A DNA stretch of 64,000 nt, from assembly GCF_009914755.1 (NCBI RefSeq), contig NC_060936.1. One strand, written 5' to 3'. Below are positions 30,521 through 44,289 of the stretch, piece after piece; the stretch's first letter is position 1, and the number at the start of each line of letters is the position of its first letter. The position numbers and the translations under genes were made by a program. Under the pieces are notes generated by a model that saw only the letters and a program-made list of their open reading frames with translations, had not been told where the DNA came from and did not search any database. The stretch comes from the human T2T-CHM13v2.0 reference genome, Homo sapiens.

Positions 30521-31089
30521 CTTGAAGCTTCTAAGAGTAAGTAAGGTCAAAGCAAACTCATTTATTTTCATCATAACTTTATTTGATGAGAGAATCATAA
30601 AATGCTAGTCATAGAACACGTTGATTCTTTTTAAACATTTAACACGGTCTCTCATAATATCTCAGAATTTCCTTGCTGAATGATTTCATTAAATACATTA
30701 ATGATCTAAATAGTAAATTCATTTAATTAACAAGATAGGAAAGAAGAAACAAAGTTCCTTGAGTAATAAGTTTAAACGTAATCCCATTAGTTGATAAGAT
30801 AAATGGGATTAATTTCTAAAGACATACTTATCTAGCACCTAGCAAAATTCCATGTTCATAGTAGGACTCTATGAATATATGATGAAAAAATAAATGCATA
30901 AATTACCATATCAGTTAGAATTTCATGGCTTGCAACCTCTGCTAGAATTAAAGCACCATAGGGGCAAGAACCATGATAATCTTCATATAGTACGTATTTA
31001 ATAAACATTTGTCAAAGTCTGAAACAATGTCATCCAAAAACAATCACAGATTCAAACTATCACAAATCCAAAACTACCACAAATTCCCC

Positions 31090-31330
31090 ACTGTGGGAAG
31101 AATTACAACTTATATTTATGCAGTGTTTTATCATCTGCAAAGTGAATACTATTTTATTTGCCCAGATGATTCTCATTTAGCCCTCACAACAATCCAGCCA
31201 ATGCTACTATCACCGCCATCCAGAAACTAGGACTGAAATTATTAAGTGACTTGTCCAATATTAAGCATCTTGTTAATGGAAATGTTAGGGATCCAACCTT
31301 GGTCTTCTGGCACCAGATCTAGTGTTCATG
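31090..31330 (-). mobile_element. MIR
   Basis: ttaagtgacttgtccaat...gggatccaaccttggtcttctgg. Confidence 0.7.
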
Positions 31331-33054
31331 TGATTGTGTCAAAGATAAAAATGACTATGACCAGATATTTATTGCCAGAACTAAGGGAAAGAGGACACTC
31401 TGCACATCGTTAGGTAGTATCTAGCTCTGCCAATTTTCAAGCCTTTGTATGTCCCCTTCCCTGCACTGGGAAACGTTGACCTCAATACACAGATTAACTG
31501 CCAACATATCCTTGATGGTTAATCCTGGTAATAGGCAAGAGGGATTAAAAGGACTGCAATGCAACAATTTCTGACTCCTTCAAGACTCAATTTTCTCCAG
31601 TCTAGCAATATTGGGCTCAAAATAGATTAGTAGTTTTTGCTTTTTTCTTGACATTTGGCCTCTATCATTTAAAAAAAAAAAAACTTTTAAATATGCAACT
31701 TTTGTGGGTGTATAGCAGGTATATGTATTTATGTGGTACATTTGATATTTTGATAAAGGCAAGCAATATGTAATAATTACATCATGGAAAATGGGGTATC
31801 CATCCCTTCAAGCATTTATCCTTGTGTTACGTAAGTCCAATTATACCCTTTTAGTTATCTTAAAATATACAATTAAATTGTTATTGACTATAGCGCCCCT
31901 GTTGTGATATCAAATACTCCATTTTATTTATTCTTTCTAACTATGTTTTGAACCAATAACCATCCACAACTCCCACCCTCAGACCCCCACTATTCTTCCC
32001 AGCCTCTGGAAACCATCATCCTACTTTATGTCTCCATGAGTACAATTATTTTGACATTTAGATTCCACAAATAAGTGAGAACATGTGATATTTGTCTTTC
32101 CATGCCTGGTTTATTTCACTTAACGTAATGACCTCCAGTTCTATCCATGTTGTTGCAAATAAAAGGATCTCTCTTTTACGGTTGAATAGGTACTCTGCTG
32201 TGTATAAGTACCACAGTTTCTGTATCCATTCTTCTCTTGATGGACACTTAGATTGCTTCCAAATTTTTCTATTGTAAACAGTGCTGCAACAAATATGGGA
32301 GTAGAGCCATCTCTTCCATATAGTGTTTTCCTTTGGGGGTGGGGGGTGTATATAACCAGCAATGGGATTGCTGAATTACATGATAGCTCCCTTTTTAGTT
32401 TTTTGAGGAACCTCCAAACTGTTCTCCTCACATTCCCACCAACAGTGTACCATGGTTCCCTTTTCTCCACATCCTCACCAGCATTTGTTATTGCCTGTCT
32501 TTTGGATAAAAGTCATTTAACTGGGGTGAAATGATATCTCATTGTAGTTTTGATTTGCATGTCTCTGACGATCAGTGATGCTGAGCACCTTTTCATATGC
32601 CTGTTTGCCATTTGTATGTCTTCTTTTAAGAAATGTCTATTCAAATCTGTTGCCCATTTTCTAAGTGGGTTATTCGATTTTTTCCTATAGAGTTGTTTGG
32701 ACTGCTTTTATATTCTAGTTATCACCTGTCAGATTATTAGTTTGCATTTTCTCCCATTTTGTGGGTTGCTTCTTCACTGTGTTGTTTCCCTTGCTGTGCA
32801 GAAGCTTTTGAACTTGATGTGCTCCCATTTGTCCATTTTTGTTGTGTTTGCCTGTGCTTGAGGGGTATTACTCAAAAACTTTTTGCCCAGACCAAATGCC
32901 CTGGAGAGTTTCCCCAAACTTTTCTTATGGCAGTTTCATAGTTTGACATCTTGGATTTAAGTCTTTAATCTATTTTCATTTGATATTTGTATATGGGGAG
33001 AGATAAGGTTCTAGTTTCATTATTCCGCATATAGGTATCAAGTTTTGCCAGCAC

Positions 33055-33428
33055 AGAATACTATGCACCCATAAAAAGGAACAAGATCATGTCCTTTGCC
33101 GGGACATAGATGAAGCTGGAAGCCATTATCCTCAGCAAACTAACACAGGAAGAGAAAACCAAACACCTCATGTTGTCACTCATAAGTGGGAGCTAAAAAA
33201 TGAGAACACATGGACCCAGGGAGGGGAACAACACACCCAGGACCCTGTCAGGGAGGCAGGGGGAGGGAAAGCAACAGGATAAATAGCTAATGCATGTGGG
33301 GCTTAACACCTAGGTGATGGGTGGATAGGTGCAGCAAACCACCATGGCACATATTTACCTATGTAACAAACCTGCATGTTCTCCATGTGTATCCTGGAAT
33401 TTAAAATAAAATTAATTTAAAAAAAAAA
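33055..33428 (+). mobile_element. L1PA 3'-terminal fragment nested in L1MA
   Basis: gaatactatgcacccataaaaaggaac...gtatcctggaatttaaaataaaatt followed by an A tail. Confidence 0.9.
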
Positions 33429-34098
33429 GACTGTTTTTTTCCCAATGTATGTTCTTGGCACCTTTGTAAAAAATGAGTTCACTGTAGATGTGTGGATTTG
33501 TTTCTGTGTTCTCTATTCTATTCCATTGGTCAATATGCCTGTTCTTATGCAGTACTATGCTGTTTTGGTTACCATAGCTCTGTAGTATAATTTGAATCCA
33601 GGTAACGTGATTCCTCCAGTGTGGTTCTTTTCTTCTCAGGATAGCTTTGTTTCTTCTGGGTCTTTTGTAGTTCCATATAAATTTTAGAATTGCATTTTCT
33701 ATTTCTGTGAAAAATATCATTGGTATTTGAGTAGGGATTGCATTAAATCTGTACATTGCTTTGGGTAGTATGGATATTTCAACAATACTGATTTTACCAA
33801 TCTATATATATGAAATATCTTTTCATTTTCTTGTATGATCTTTAATTTCATTCATCAGTATTTTATAGTTTTCATTGTAGAGATCTTTCACTTCTTTAGG
33901 TAATTCCTAGTTATTTAATTTTAGTTGTGGCTATTGTAAGTGCAATAACTCTTTTGATTTCTTTTTCAGGTTGTTCACTGTTGGCATATAGAAATGCTAC
34001 TGATTTTTGTATGTTGATTTTGTATCCTGACACTACTAAATTTATCAATTCTCATTCTTTTTGGTGGAGTCTTTAGGTTTTTCCAAATATAAGATCAT

Positions 34099-34312
<214 letters not shown>

Positions 34313-37300
34313 TATATATAGCCAACAAGAATACTTTGACTTCTACCTTTCCAATTTGGATGCCCTTTATATCTTTCTCTTGTTGGATTGCTCTATCTAG
34401 GACTTCCAGTACTATGCTGACTAACGGTGGCAAAAGTGATAATCCTTGTTGTGTTCCAGATCTTGGAGGAAAGGCTTTCAGTTTTTCCCCAGTCAGTATG
34501 ATACTAGCTGTGGGTCTGTCATATATAGCTCTTATTATGTTAAGATATGTTCCTTCTATACTCAGTTTTTTGAAGGTTTTCTGTGATGAAAGGATGTTGA
34601 ATTTCATCAAATGCTTTTTCAGCATCAATTGAAATGATCATATGGTTTTTATCCTTTATTCTGTTGATATGATGTATTATATTGGTTGATTTGCATATGT
34701 TGAACCATCCTTGCCTCCTAGGGATAAATCCCACTTGGTCATGATAAAACATCTTTTTAATATATTGTTGAATTCAGTTTGCTAACATTTTGTTGAGGAT
34801 TTTTGCATTAATATTAGTCAGAGATACTGACCAGTATTTTTTTTTATGGGTCTTTGTCTGGTTTTGGTATCAGGGTAATGCTGGTCTTGTAGAATGAGTT
34901 TGGAAGTATTCTCTCCTCCTCTACTTTTTGGAATAGTTTCAGTAGGATTAGTATTAGTTCTTTAAATGTTTGGTAGAATTCAGCAGTGAAGCCATCAGGT
35001 CCTAGGCTTTTATTTGCTGGGAGACTTTTTATTACACCTTCAATCTCATTACTTGTTATTAGTCTGTTCAGGTTTTGAATTTCTTTATGGCTCAATTTTG
35101 ATAGGTTGTCTGTGTCTAGTAATTTATCCATTTCTTCTGGGTTTTCCAATTTATCGGCCTATAGTTACTCATAGAACCCATTAATGATCCTCTGAATTTC
35201 TGCTTTATAGGTTGTAATGTCTCCTTTTTCATCTCTGAATTTATTTGGATCTTCTCTCTTTTTTTCTTAGTCTAGATAAAGGTCTGTCAATCTGAGTCTG
35301 GCTAAAGGTTTGCCAATGTTTATCTTTTCAAAAAAACAACTTTTTGTTTTACTGATATCTTGTATGGATTTCTTCATCTCAATTTCATTTATCTCTGCTT
35401 TGATTTTTAATATTTCTTTTCTACTAATTTTAAATTTGGTTTGCTCTAGCTTTTCTAATTCTTTAAGATGCACCAATTGGTTGTTTATTTGAAGTGTTTC
35501 TTCCTTTTGATGTAGACACTTATAGGATAAACTTTCCTCTTAGTACTGCTTTCACTATATCCTATACATTTTGGTATGTTGTGTTTCCATTATGGTTTGT
35601 TTTGAGAAATTTTTCAATTTCCTTCTTAATTTCTTCATTGACCCCTGGTCATTTCAGGGCATATTGTTTAATTTTCATGTGTCTGTATAGTTTCCAAAAT
35701 TCCTCTTGTTATTGATTATATTTATTCCATTTTGGCCAGAGAAAATGCTTAATATTATCTAAATTTGGTTGAATGTTTTCAAATTTGTTTTGTGAGCTAA
35801 CATATGGCCTATCCTTGAGAATGATCCATGTGCTAAGGAACAGAATGTGTATTCTTCAGTCACTGAGTGAGATGTTTTGTAAGTATCTATTAAGTGAATT
35901 TGATGTATAGTATAGATTAAGTTCAATGTTTCTTTGTAGATTTTCTGTTTGAAGATCTGTCCAATCCTGAAAGTGGGATGTTGAAGACCTAGCTATTATT
36001 GTATTAAGGCCTATCTGTCTCTTTAGCTCTAATAATGTTTCCATTATATATGTGGGTGCCCCATGGTTGGGTGCACACATATTTATAAGTGTTATATCCT
36101 CTTGCTGAATTGACCCTTTTATCATTATATAACGACCTTCTTTGTCTGACTTGTCTTATAGTTTTTGTCTTGAAATCTACTTTGTCTGATATAAATATAG
36201 CTATTCCTATTCTTTTTTGGTTTCCAGTGGCTTGGAATATCTTTTTCCATCCTTTTATTTTCAGTCTATTTGTATCTTTATAGATGATGTGTGTTTCTTG
36301 CAGGCACAGATCATTGGCTCTTGTTTTTTCACCTATTCGGCCACTCTATTTGAAGTCAGTCTTCTCATTCAGACTCTCATTCAGTATTCTCTTCCCTCTT
36401 TCCTTCTGTCTTTTCTCCCTTTTAGTGAAAGTGATTTTCTCTGGTGCTATGATTTAATTTCTTCCTTTTTATTTTTTGTATATCCATTGTATGTATTTTG
36501 ATTTGAGGTTACCATGAGCCTTGCAAATACCATCTAATAATCCATTATTTTAACTGGTGACAATTTAACAATGATTGCTTAAACAAACATGCAAAAAGTA
36601 AACTAATGAAGGCTCTACACTTTAACTTTGTCTGCCTGCTTTTTAACTTCTTGTTGCTTCTCTTTATGTATTATTGTATTGTGTATGTCTTCAAACGTTG
36701 TTGTAGTTGTTATTTTTGATTGGCTCATTGTATAATCTTTCTACTTAAGATATGAGTAGTTTACATGCCACAATTACAGTGCTATAATATTCTCTGTTTT
36801 TTTCTGTGTGCTTATTATTGCCAGTAACTTTTGTACCTATAGATGATTTCTTCTTGCTCATTAACATGCTCTTCTTTCAGATTTAAGAACTCCCTTTAAC
36901 ATTTCTTGTAGGACAGGTCTGTTGTTGATGAAATCCCTTAGCTTTGGTTTGTCTGGGAAGATCTTTATTTATCTTTCATGCTTAAAGCATATTTTCACCA
37001 GATATACTATTCCTGGGTAAAAGTTTTTTTCCTTCAGCCGTTTAAATATGTCATGCCATTCTCTCCTGGCCTGCCAGGTTTCTACTAAAAAGTCTGCTGC
37101 CAAACATATTGGAGCTGTTATTTGTTATTTGTTTCTTTTCTTTTGCTACTTTTAGGATCCTTCCTTTATCCTTGACCTTTGGGACTTTGATTATTAAATA
37201 CCTTGAAGTAATCTTCTTTGGTTTAAATCTGCTTGCATTCTATAATCTTCTTGTACTTGAATGTTGATATCTTTCTCTAGATTTGGGAAGTTCTCCAGTA

Positions 37301-37446
37301 TTATCCCTTTGAATAAACTTTCTACCCCCACCTCCTCTTTAAGGCCAATAACTCTTAGATTTGACCTTTTGAGGCTATTTTCCAGAGCCTGTAGTTGCGC
37401 TTTATTGTTTTTTGTTGTTTTTTCTTTTGCTTCCTCTGACTGTGTT

Positions 37447-37754
<308 letters not shown>

Positions 37755-39329
37755 TCTGACTGTGTATTTTTAAACAGCCTGTCTTGAAGCTCACTTTCTT
37801 CTGCTGCTTGATCAATTCTACCATTAAAAGACTCTGATGCATTCTTCAGTGTGTTGATTGCGTTTTTTCAGCTCCAGAATTTCTACTTGATTCTTTTTAA
37901 TTATTTCATTCTCTTTGTTAAATTTATGTAATAGAATTCTGAATTCCTTCTGTATCTTATCTTGAATTTCTTTTGAGTTTCCTCAACACAGCTATTTTGA
38001 ATTATCTGTCTGAATGGTCATGTACCTCTGTTTCTCCAGGATTAGTCCTTAGTGCCTTACTGAGTTTATTTGGTGAGGTCATATTTTCCAGGATGGTCTT
38101 GATGCTTGTAGATGTTCATCAATGTCTGGACACTGAAGAGTTAGGCCTTTATTGTAGTCTTCGCAGTACAGGCTTGTTTGTGCCTGTCCTTCTTGGCAAG
38201 GCTTTCCAGATACTCAAAGGGACCTAGGTTCTAAGCCCCCTAATGCTGTGGTTTTTGCAGACTCATAGAAGTATCATTTTGGTGATCTTGGATAAGATCT
38301 GAAATGATTCTCTTGATTACCAGGCAGAGACTCTTGTTCTCTTTCCTTACTTTCTCCTAAACAAATAGAGTCAGTGTCTCTCTCTCAATCTCTCGCTCTC
38401 TCTCTCTCTCTGCTGAGCCACCTGGAACTTGGGGTATGGTGATGCAAGCACCCCTGTGGCCACAGCCATTGAAACTGTGCTCTGTCAGACTTGAAGCCAG
38501 CACAGCACTGGGTCTTGCCCCACACACACTGTAAACACTTTCTGGCTACCACCTCTGTTGACTCAAGGCACTAGGGCTCAGTGATCAGCAGGTAGCAAAG
38601 CCAGCCAGGTCTGTGTCCTTCCCTTTAGGGCGGGAAGTTCCCCTAGGTCCTGGGTGGGTCCAGAAATGCTGTTTGAGAAGCAGAGATTGGAGTCGAAAAC
38701 CTTTTAAGTTTACCTGATGTTCTATTCTACTGCAGGTAAGCTGGCTCTCAAACCACAATACAAAGTCCTTCCTAGTCTTCTCCTTACTGTTTTTCTAATG
38801 CCTGATTATGGATCCTAGACTTGTTTTTGTACTTGAATTTTTACAATAGTAGCAGGCCTAGGACTGTGTTCTCTGCCTTGGTCTTTGACAGTTCTCTTCC
38901 AAGAGATTGATGTCCAGTCCCTGAATCCCAAACAGGTCCTTTAGGCCCTGTGCCACCTAAATTTACAGCTCCAATGGGAATGAATAGCTTTGATGCTTTG
39001 CCTTACTTAGATTCCTTTATCCTACCTGCTACTGTCAATTGTGCAATGTGCAGACCAAATAGTACTGCTTCAAAGTGACTAATCATGCATACTGACAGCA
39101 CTTAATAAGTAAAGAGAACATTATGCCCCCCAAGAAAAATAAATATTGGCAATAAGAAATCTATATAATAAGCGTTCATATGTTGTTTACACTGTGTTTT
39201 CTATAACATTTAAAACTATCAGTGGTGGGCAGAATATAACAAGTCAAACTTTATTAGTGACTCAGTAAAAGGTTCTATGCTTCAGTAGAGAAAAGAGTTA
39301 TAAAAAATTCATCATGGAGCTATGTGGAT

Positions 39330-39520
39330 TAGCAATACTATGAAAAAAATATTAGGAGTTACAGCTGACAGTATGAGTCAGACTGTAACATGCCAGTTAA
39401 AGAAATTAATGTGACATTAGCTGATTTAATACAAGTATGATATTTCACCTAGAAAGAGTGACAGGCCTCCACTCTTCAGTGCTAATTAGTATTGGGAATG
39501 ATCTGGCTTCACAATTTCAT
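39330..39520 (+). mobile_element. L3/CR1 fragment
   Basis: ttaggagttacagctgacagtatgagtcagactgtaacatgccagttaaagaaattaatgtgacattagctg. Confidence 0.55.
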
Positions 39521-40214
39521 AAAAGGCGGGCTAACTGGATTGTGCTGAATTTCCTTTAGTAAGGCTGTGCAAGGTCTTATTCATCAAAGAGACTGGGGGA
39601 GACTTGGCCTTCTGACTTACGAAAGATCTTAGCAACAATCAGGAACCCAGAGGTAGACACAGTAGTTGCCCAAAAGTACCAATAATGTAGTTTTTCAAAT
39701 CAGAAATTAGGTGGCCTAGAGGCTTTTCTAGACTACTTTGATAGGGCATCTCACTGAATTTGCTTCCTAGCACAGCTCTATTCTTAGCCACATGGGAAAA
39801 CTAAAGCATCTTAATTGACACTACAGGGGAATCACACATGATGCACTTGGCTTGGTGCTGGGGCTGACACTTGAGGAGAGGCAAAGACCAAATGGACCGT
39901 TTTCTGTGAACATAAGTGAGGAAAATGGTGAGTATTAAACCCCTGTCATGTGAGAAAAGATTAAATAAGAAAAGGTGCTGAGGAACGTGTATGACAAACA
40001 TTTAAAAGGTAAAATAGTGATTAGAATTGTTATCTATCTCTAAGGAAGTAGAAATAATGCAGATGGGGAGATGGTAACAGGGACAGATATTGCAGCTGAT
40101 GATAAGATTTCTAATAATTAGAGCTTTGCAGTATAAAACTGGCTGCTTACTAAGTAGCAAACTCTCTGTCCCTGGAGTCTTCAAGGCTAGCCTGATCTAT
40201 ACAAGGCATCTTCT

Positions 40215-40513
40215 TTTTTTTTTTTTTTTTTTTGAGACGGAGTCTCACTCTGTTGCCCAGGCTGGAGTGCAGGGGCGCGATCTTGGCTCACTGCAAGCTC
40301 CGCCTCCTGGGTTTACACAATTCTCCTGCCTCAGCCTCCCAATAGCTGGGACCACAGGCGCCCGCCACCACGCCCGGCTAATTTTTTGTATTTTTAGTAA
40401 AGACAGGGTCTCACCCTGTTAGCCAGGATGGTCTCAATCTCCTAACCTTGTGATCCACCTGCCTCAGCCTCCCAAAGTGCTGGGACTACAGGCGTGAGCC
40501 ACCACACCCAGCC
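40215..40513 (-). mobile_element. AluY
   Basis: cactgcaagctccgcctcc; 17-bp TSD tatacaagg(c/t)atcttct at 40198-40214 and 40514-40530. Confidence 0.96.
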
Positions 40514-40974
40514 TATACAAGGTATCTTCTGAGTGTAGAAGATAGCAGTTTGAATTAGACGAGTTTTAAGATGCTAAGTAAATGAGAGAATCAGAATAGA
40601 AGTTTTGTATTAGTACTATGGTACAAGTTACCTGAATATATTCACTGCTTCCTGAATTTTTTCTGATAATGGGGGAAGTAACACTAATACAAGAGTGTGG
40701 GTTTATGGCTTTTTTAAAGTTAGAAATGACTCACAGTTCCAAATGACTCAAGGTAGGTGAAAGTTTTTGGAAGTGGTCTGACTACTCTGACATCTTCCCA
40801 CAATATCAAGAAAAAGTATCCCCTGAAGATTTACAATGACATTCAAATAAGAAAAACTACAACATGAATATGAAATCAGAAGAAAAATAACTTTTTTTTA
40901 AAACGAAGATACTTTAGGTGGGAGCAAAGAATGAATGACAGAAAGGCAGCCATGGGGGAAGGAGCATCACGTAA

Positions 40975-41830
40975 CAGTGGTAGGCAGAATAATGGCTCTG
41001 AAAGATGTCCATGTCTGAATCCCTGGAAACTAGGAATACATTACGTAACACATAGCAAAAGGAACTTTGCAGATGTAAGTCAAGGATCTTGCTATGAGGA
41101 GATCATACTGCATTATCCAGGTGGCCCACTATACTCAGAAAGGACATTATAAGTAGAAGAGGGAGAAAGGAGAGCCAGTGTCAGTGATGCAACACGAGGT
41201 ATCTGACTGGCTGTCACTGGTTTTGGAGCTTGAAGTTAGCCATATGTATTAGTCTGTTTTCATGCCGCTCATAAAGACATACCCAAGACTGGGTAATTTA
41301 TAAAGAAAAAGAAGTTTAATGGACTCACAGTCCCATGTTGCTGGGGAGGCCTCACAATCATGGCAGAAGAGCAAGGGACGTCTTACATGGCAGCAGGCAA
41401 GAGAGAACGAGAGCCAAGCAAAAGGGGAAACCCCTTATAAAACCATCAGATCTCATGAGATTTATTCCCTACCATGAGAACAGTATTGGGGAACTGCCCC
41501 CATAATTCAATTATCTCCCACAGGATCCCTCCCACAGCATAGGAATCACGGGAATTCTGGGAGCTACAGTCCAAGATGAGATTTGGGTGGGGACACAGCC
41601 AAATCATATCACCATGAATCAAGGACTGTGAGCAGCTCATAGAAGCTGGAAAAGGCAGGAAAACAGATTCTTCCCTAGAGCCTCCAGAAAGGAAAGCAGC
41701 CCTTTCTATATTTTCGACTGGTAGGGCCCATTCTGGACCTCCAGAACTGAAGAATAATACATTTGTGTTGTTTTTTTATGCCACTAAATGTGTGGTAATT
41801 TGTTACAGCAGCGTTAGGAAACAAATGCAA
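40975..41830 (+). mobile_element. MLT1D-like LTR interrupted by THE1
   Basis: gtggtaggcagaataatggc...gtggtaatttgttacagcagcgttaggaaac. Confidence 0.85.
41245..41611 (-). mobile_element. THE1 (B/C-like) solo LTR, same sense as ANKS1B
   Basis: Minus strand begins tgatatgatttggctgtgtccccacccaaatctcatcttgg; 5-bp TSD ccat(a/g). Confidence 0.93.
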
Positions 41831-41929
41831 TAATATACCAGCAGAAGGCATCACACAGGGAGGCATGGGCTAAGAGAAGGACATAAAATTGGACACCAGT
41901 GGGAAAATACACCTTATCATTTTGTACTG

Positions 41930-42920
41930 ACTCAGTATTTTAAAGATGGTGATTCTTTCTCGTTTTTAAATGTAATACAATACCATTGCAATACAGTTTC
42001 CCTCCAACTCCAACTTAGTTCTTGACAAGTAAGCCTAAAGTGCATTTGGAAAAATAAATGTGTGACAATAGACAGGTTATCAATTTGAAAAGAGAAAGGT
42101 AATGGAGGGAGTGGAGATCAACCTTTATCAGATATTTATGTAAACTACAAATGGTTCTGGTACAATAATTGAAAGGCAAGATAACAGAAAAAATACTTTA
42201 AAAGAAGGTTCTGATGCTTGCAGAAACTTATTACATTATAAAGGTGGTATTTCAAATCAGTAAGAAAACCACGGGTTATATAATAATTGTCAGTGAGGTA
42301 ACCAACTAGTCATTTAGAGAGAAATAATAAACTTGAATTACTACTGCATTCCTTATATCAAATTAATTCCTGATAAAGATTTAAACAATTAGCAAATATA
42401 TTTGTTATAATAATCTTGAAATAAGAATAACTTTTGACCAGAAGCTACAACCAGACACATAACCAAGGTTGTACAGAAAAAGATTGATAAATTTGAATAT
42501 ATACTACTATTAAATTTGTATAAAGAAACTAAAATATCATAAAGATCAAGAGACAAAAAATTTGGGAAAATTCTTTGACAAATATAACAAAGGGTTAATC
42601 TCTTTAATATATATAAAGATAATAATAAATTGAGATGAAAGAGACCATCAACCTAAGAGAAAAAAATGAGCAAAGATTACAGGCAGTTGTAAAAATAGCT
42701 AGAAATTTCTTACATGAAAAGATGCTCAACTTCATTTATAATTAAATATATGTACATGAAAGCAAGATAACACACCATTCTTGATCAAATTGCTGTAGAT
42801 AATACACAGTGTTAGTGAGGGTTTGAAAAAAATGGGCACTTTATATAAAAGTTAAAAGACTAACCATCTGTTAGTCAAAGTGTGAATTGATGTAAACCTC
42901 TTTCTGGCTAATTTGTCATT
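41930..42920 (+). mobile_element. Ancient L1ME ORF2 3' fragment
   Basis: A-rich degenerate L1 motifs such as atgaaaagatgctcaacttcatttataat. Confidence 0.65.
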
Positions 42921-43429
42921 TGTTACAGGAGATCGTTAGAAAGCAGATCTTTAGACAGCATGGACTTTAGAACTTTTGCCATGTTAAAATTTTTCCCTCA
43001 CCTCGGAACAGGTGGGATTGATAAACTACCATTACTATTTCTAAAACATGGTACTGTAAAGCACCATTTACAGGCATTGCATAATTATTACTCTATCTAA
43101 AAAATGCTAAATGCTGGATATGCTGTATGTTTCTATTAAATAATAAAATGGGAGTGTGGGTGGAGGGAAGCCTGCCTCTTGGTGTCATGCATGAGAAAAA
43201 CTAATCAGATCTCACCAATATCAATCGTCTGAGCTGTGAATGGGTGTCGGGATAGCATCCCTCTTTAGAAGTTACTGATGAAACCCCATGAAGCTTGATT
43301 CTTAGATAAGCCTTGCTTGGTCAGCCACTTCAAAATTGGAGGTACCAATTTAACATTTGAAAACAAAAAATCTCAACAACAAAGTTCTGAGAAACCAGTG
43401 TGGGTACTACCTAAGAATGTTACTTTGGG

Positions 43430-43862
43430 TATGATATGGGTTAAACTATGTCCTCCCAAAATTCACGTGTCAAAGTCCTAACCCCAGTACATAAGAATGT
43501 GACATTATTTAGAAATAGGGTCACTGCAGATGCAATTAGTTAAATGGAGATGAGGTTATTAGGGTGGACCCCAATCCAATGACAAGTGTCGTTATAAAAA
43601 GAAGAAATCTGGAGACAGACTTGTACACAGGTATAACATCATATGAAGATTGGAGTTATGCTGCCACAAGCCAAGAAATGCTAAACATTGTCAGAAAACC
43701 AACAGGAATGGAACAAATTCTCTCTCACAGACCTCAGAAGGAACCAGTCCTGCTGACACCTTAATTTTGAACTTCTAGCCTTTAGAACTGTGAGACAATA
43801 AATTTCTGTTAAGGTATGCAGTTTGTAGTACTTTCTTATGGAAACCCTAGCAAGCCAATATA
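43430..43862 (+). mobile_element. MLT1B-like solo LTR
   Basis: tgatatgggttaaactatgtcctcccaaaattcac...gaactgtgagacaataaatttctg. Confidence 0.85.
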
Positions 43863-44109
43863 GAGTTAAAAAAAACAGTAAAAGGTACTCGTTGAAAAAC
43901 TTTTGATTAATCTCTTAGCATTTTAACATATTTACTCCTTGGGAAAAAAATAACAATTAGGGACTATCAAAAAAGGGGATTATCTTTCTTCTTGATAAAA
44001 TTCCCAAAAGTGTAATAGGTATCAAAATTTTAAAATCACGTACCCTTTAATAAAATAAATAAGTATTGTTGCTGTAAACAGGCAATATAGTACAATATAG
44101 AGGTCTACA

Positions 44110-44285
44110 GACTTTAGACTGCACAAAGTCCACCTGGATCACTTGTTAGTAATCCGGATTTGTGGCTCTCCCCGGAATTCTTACTAAATCGGAATCTCTG
44201 GTGGTAGCCATGGAGAGTTATATCTTACAATTATCCCAGGTCATGTTGATGCAAATTGTTGGTGAAATATACTTGGAAAATACAG
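44110..44285. mobile_element. MER5A-like hAT remnant
   Basis: actaaatcggaatctctggtggtagcc...cccaggtcatgttgatgc. Confidence 0.55.
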
Positions 44286-44289
44286 GAAG

